Of a DNA stretch of 7,643 nucleotides, positions 5,869 through 7,643 are shown piece after piece. The stretch comes from Candidatus Heimdallarchaeota archaeon. GTDB taxonomy: Archaea; Asgardarchaeota; Heimdallarchaeia; JABLTI01. How positions within the stretch are numbered: the first letter of the stretch is position 1; the number at the start of each line of letters is the position of its first letter. The notes beneath the pieces are model-generated. The model had not been told where the DNA came from. It ran no database searches and worked only from the letters and a program-made list of their open reading frames with translations. The translations under genes and the position numbers were made by a program. The stretch covers positions 1 to 7,643 of the forward strand of contig JAUWKS010000104.1 in assembly GCA_030614005.1 (NCBI GenBank). Reading direction: 5' to 3'.

Positions 5869-6627
5869 TTGACAAAAAAACGAAAGAAATCTCGCAAAAA
5901 ACGAGGGTATCCAGTAGCTATTTTAATCGGATTTGAATCGAAAGAAGCAGTTCTGTGGCAAATTTTCAGCGAAATGGTGAAACCTCTAGAGACAATTGCT
6001 CTGAATAAGCAAATAGAACAATTAGCAGATAATGAGCTCTATAACTTCCATGAAGTAATAATTGATAAAATAAGGTTCCACATCAAAGAAGGTCTTAGGA
6101 GTATCATAATTGTCCAACCAAGAAATAATTTATTTTCCGAGAAATTCACAATACATATCAAGAAGCATCATAAATGGTTAGCTCAAGAGACAAGCTCATC
6201 TTTTCTAATGATTGGAACAATTGAAGGGTGCGCTAATAATGAGAGCGAAGTTTCAGACTTGTTTCAAACAGAAGCTTTTCAAAAAATCGTTAGTGAAACT
6301 ACCACTAAAGAAGCGAGCAATATCATTGAGGAGTTAGAAGAACGTCTTAACAAGGTTGCTCAAGGAGAAGTGGTGTTATACTCTCTCCAAGAGATTGAGG
6401 AATTAACCTATGGCCAATGGAAGTTTGGGAAACGACAGCCAGATTATATTATGCTTACGAACAGCTTTCTAAAAAAGAATAAACAAAAACAGCGTTTGCA
6501 TCGTCTCTTACAAACACTCGAAAATAAAAAAGTGAAAACAAAAATAATTGATGCTGAATCTGCAGCAGGAGAACGGATAAACCAATTTGGTGGTTTGATT
6601 TGCTTTACGAAAATTAGTGATAATTAA
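5869..6627 (+). CDS. aeRF1/Pelota-family paralogue with only the middle and C-terminal domains (no N domain, no GGQ)
   Basis: The C-terminus KVKTKIIDAESAAGERINQFGGLICF matches the eRF1/Pelota domain-3 ending (..v.iis.e.e.GeqL..fGGi.ail). VVLYSLQEIEE and YIMLTNSFL match the domain-3 vYG..eV / .Llvsd.ll elements. The N-terminal YPVAILIGFE..AVLWQI is consistent with an RNase H-like middle domain. No GGQ or NIKS motif is present. Confidence 0.7.
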   Translation: MTKKRKKSRKKRGYPVAILIGFESKEAVLWQIFSEMVKPLETIALNKQIEQLADNELYNFHEVIIDKIRFHIKEGLRSIIIVQPRNNLFSEKFTIHIKKHHKWLAQETSSSFLMIGTIEGCANNESEVSDLFQTEAFQKIVSETTTKEASNIIEELEERLNKVAQGEVVLYSLQEIEELTYGQWKFGKRQPDYIMLTNSFLKKNKQKQRLHRLLQTLENKKVKTKIIDAESAAGERINQFGGLICFTKISDN

Positions 6628-6698
6628 CTAATTGACCCTAAGAGGTATTACATAGTATAAAACTAATTAATTTTTAACTGCCAATAAGAAAGTCATCT

Positions 6699-6899
6699 TT
6701 ACTCTTTAGTAATTATTTTAGAAACCCTGCCAATTCTACCAGAAGTGAGTCTTACCTTAATACCTAGAGGATGTTGTTGAGCATTTGTTAAAATATCCTT
6801 TACAACTCCTTTGGTTAATTTTCCAGATCGCTGGTTGTATTTTTCTATAACAAACACTTGTAATCCTATTCTGATATCCTTGCGATTTTTACCGTTCAT
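6699..6899 (-). CDS. ywbE: YwbE family (DUF2196) small basic protein
   Basis: MNGKNRKDIRIGLQV...QRSGKLTKGVVKDILT...HPLGIKVRLTSGRIGRV closely follows the YwbE consensus (Q.tGklT.GiVkdiLT.s..HPhGIKVRL.dG.vGRV). Confidence 0.9.
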   Translation of the reverse strand: MNGKNRKDIRIGLQVFVIEKYNQRSGKLTKGVVKDILTNAQQHPLGIKVRLTSGRIGRVSKIITKE

Positions 6900-6973
6900 A
6901 AAACACTAAACCCCTACACTCTGTTGATAAATATTGTTATCGTGAAAACCCTCCCATTCCATATTCTTTATAC

Positions 6974-7358
6974 TTAACTTAAAATAACCAATGAACTTTC
7001 GGTCTTTAAAGAAGATTTGCAATGGATAAGAAATTTATTCCTTCTAGTTTTAAAGTACATAAAAAAAGCAAGAATCAATAATATGTTACTATTATATAGT
7101 GATCTGTCAGCTAATAGTATAATTTTCATACTTGCACTAGATTGTTGTTTTCTAACTTGCTCTTTGATTTTTTTCTTATTATCAATCTTTTTTTTCCCTT
7201 CAATTTTGTTCTTATCTAAAGATTCTTGTTAATAATGCCAATTTGAAACCGAAATCTATTGTATCAGTGATAGATTCAAATAATATTATTCCTTTTATTT
7301 CAGTTTTTGATCTTCTTTTCTCTGCTGAAAAAGATTTATTAAATCTTGAGATGTACAA
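6974..7358 (-). pseudogene. Possible degenerate DDE (IS4/IS5/IS982-like) transposase fragment, frameshifted
   Basis: Two overlapping open frames. 7358-7212 reads ...TDTIDFGFKLALLTRIFR*. 7228-6974 reads ...MKIILLADRSLYNSNILL...KFLIHCKSS...*. FGFKL resembles (F/Y)G(F/Y)KLH and LLADRSLYNS resembles vlaDrGy.s, about 45 aa apart. There is no clear start and no terminal inverted repeats were found. Confidence 0.3.
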
Positions 7359-7384
7359 TTAATAGTTCAAAATAATTTATTATT

Positions 7385-7594
7385 TTAGGTGAATAATTCA
7401 AGTAATTCTTCGTAAAAGTTGCTCTCGGAGTTTTCTTTCATGTGGTATTTTCTTACTAGGAAGATTAATTCGCGAGTAAATTCTCCTCGTTTTAGCACTA
7501 GTTCTAATCTTCTTTGAGTTGCATCATCAAATTCATCTCTGCTATCGAAAGCATCAAAAACATCATCTAGAAAGCTCTCCTCTTCTTGGATCAT
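7385..7594 (-). CDS. Small acidic hypothetical protein (69 aa)
   Basis: ATG-started ORF with a strongly acidic N-half and helical character. Its ATG overlaps a TGA in another frame (ATGA), as in translationally coupled genes. No family recognised. Confidence 0.55.
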   Translation of the reverse strand: MIQEEESFLDDVFDAFDSRDEFDDATQRRLELVLKRGEFTRELIFLVRKYHMKENSESNFYEELLELFT

Positions 7595-7643
7595 TTGTTG
7601 CTGTTATAACTGGCTTTTTGACTACTGACTGGAATTCTGATAA
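7591..7643 (-). CDS. Possible 3' end of an upstream gene entering from beyond the window
   Basis: A minus frame is open from the window edge (..IRIPVSSQKASYNSNK*) and ends at the TGA at 7593-7591, overlapping the ATG at 7594. A second minus frame (..LSEFQSVVKKPVITATNDPRRGELSR*, stop 7565-7563) is also open, so the frame is ambiguous. Confidence 0.35.
   Translation of the reverse strand, partial: IRIPVSSQKASYNSNK

Noticed and set aside
5867-5873. prfB-type +1 frameshift site (TTT TGA C)
   Set aside because: The +1 frame terminates after about 20 codons and does not lead into the release-factor-like ORF. Only the overlap itself is kept as a weak finding.
7017-7232. 71-aa plus-strand hydrophobic ORF
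   Set aside because: Its Leu/Phe/Ile richness follows from the T-rich strand of an AT-rich region. It has no SD, and the opposite strand gives a more protein-like reading.
1-7643. tRNA, rRNA, CRISPR array, intact IS or prophage genes
   Set aside because: No cloverleaf, no regularly spaced direct repeats, and no intact transposase or integrase were seen by eye.

Overview
A low-GC window (roughly one third GC by eye) that looks archaeal, most likely Asgard/Heimdallarchaeia-like. That assignment is an inference from the protein architectures, the signal peptide/C-terminal TM-plus-Lys-tail proteins and the BRE/TATA-like elements. In order it holds: (1) a 5'-truncated Cys-rich 2x[4Fe-4S] protein; (2) a membrane-anchored metzincin metalloprotease (HEIGHVLGFAH plus Met-turn) on the minus strand; (3) divergently, an 816-aa single-pass receptor-like protein with a signal peptide, four Ig-like repeats carrying acidic Ca-type loops, a TM helix, a basic helix, a winged-helix/PCI-like domain, a C4 zinc finger and a C4H2C2 RING; (4) an unannotated 44-aa TM-anchor mini-ORF; (5) an aeRF1/Pelota paralogue lacking the N domain and GGQ; (6) a YwbE-family protein; (7) a possible decayed DDE transposase fragment; and (8) a small acidic ORF, possibly coupled to a gene running off the window. 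The main point of interest is a candidate prokaryotic transmembrane RING (E3-like) receptor. Its ZnF-RING end resembles the C-terminus of the GATOR2/SEA subunit WDR59 as I recall it, and it is encoded head-to-head with a possible sheddase. No searches were run, so all family calls rest on motif recognition.
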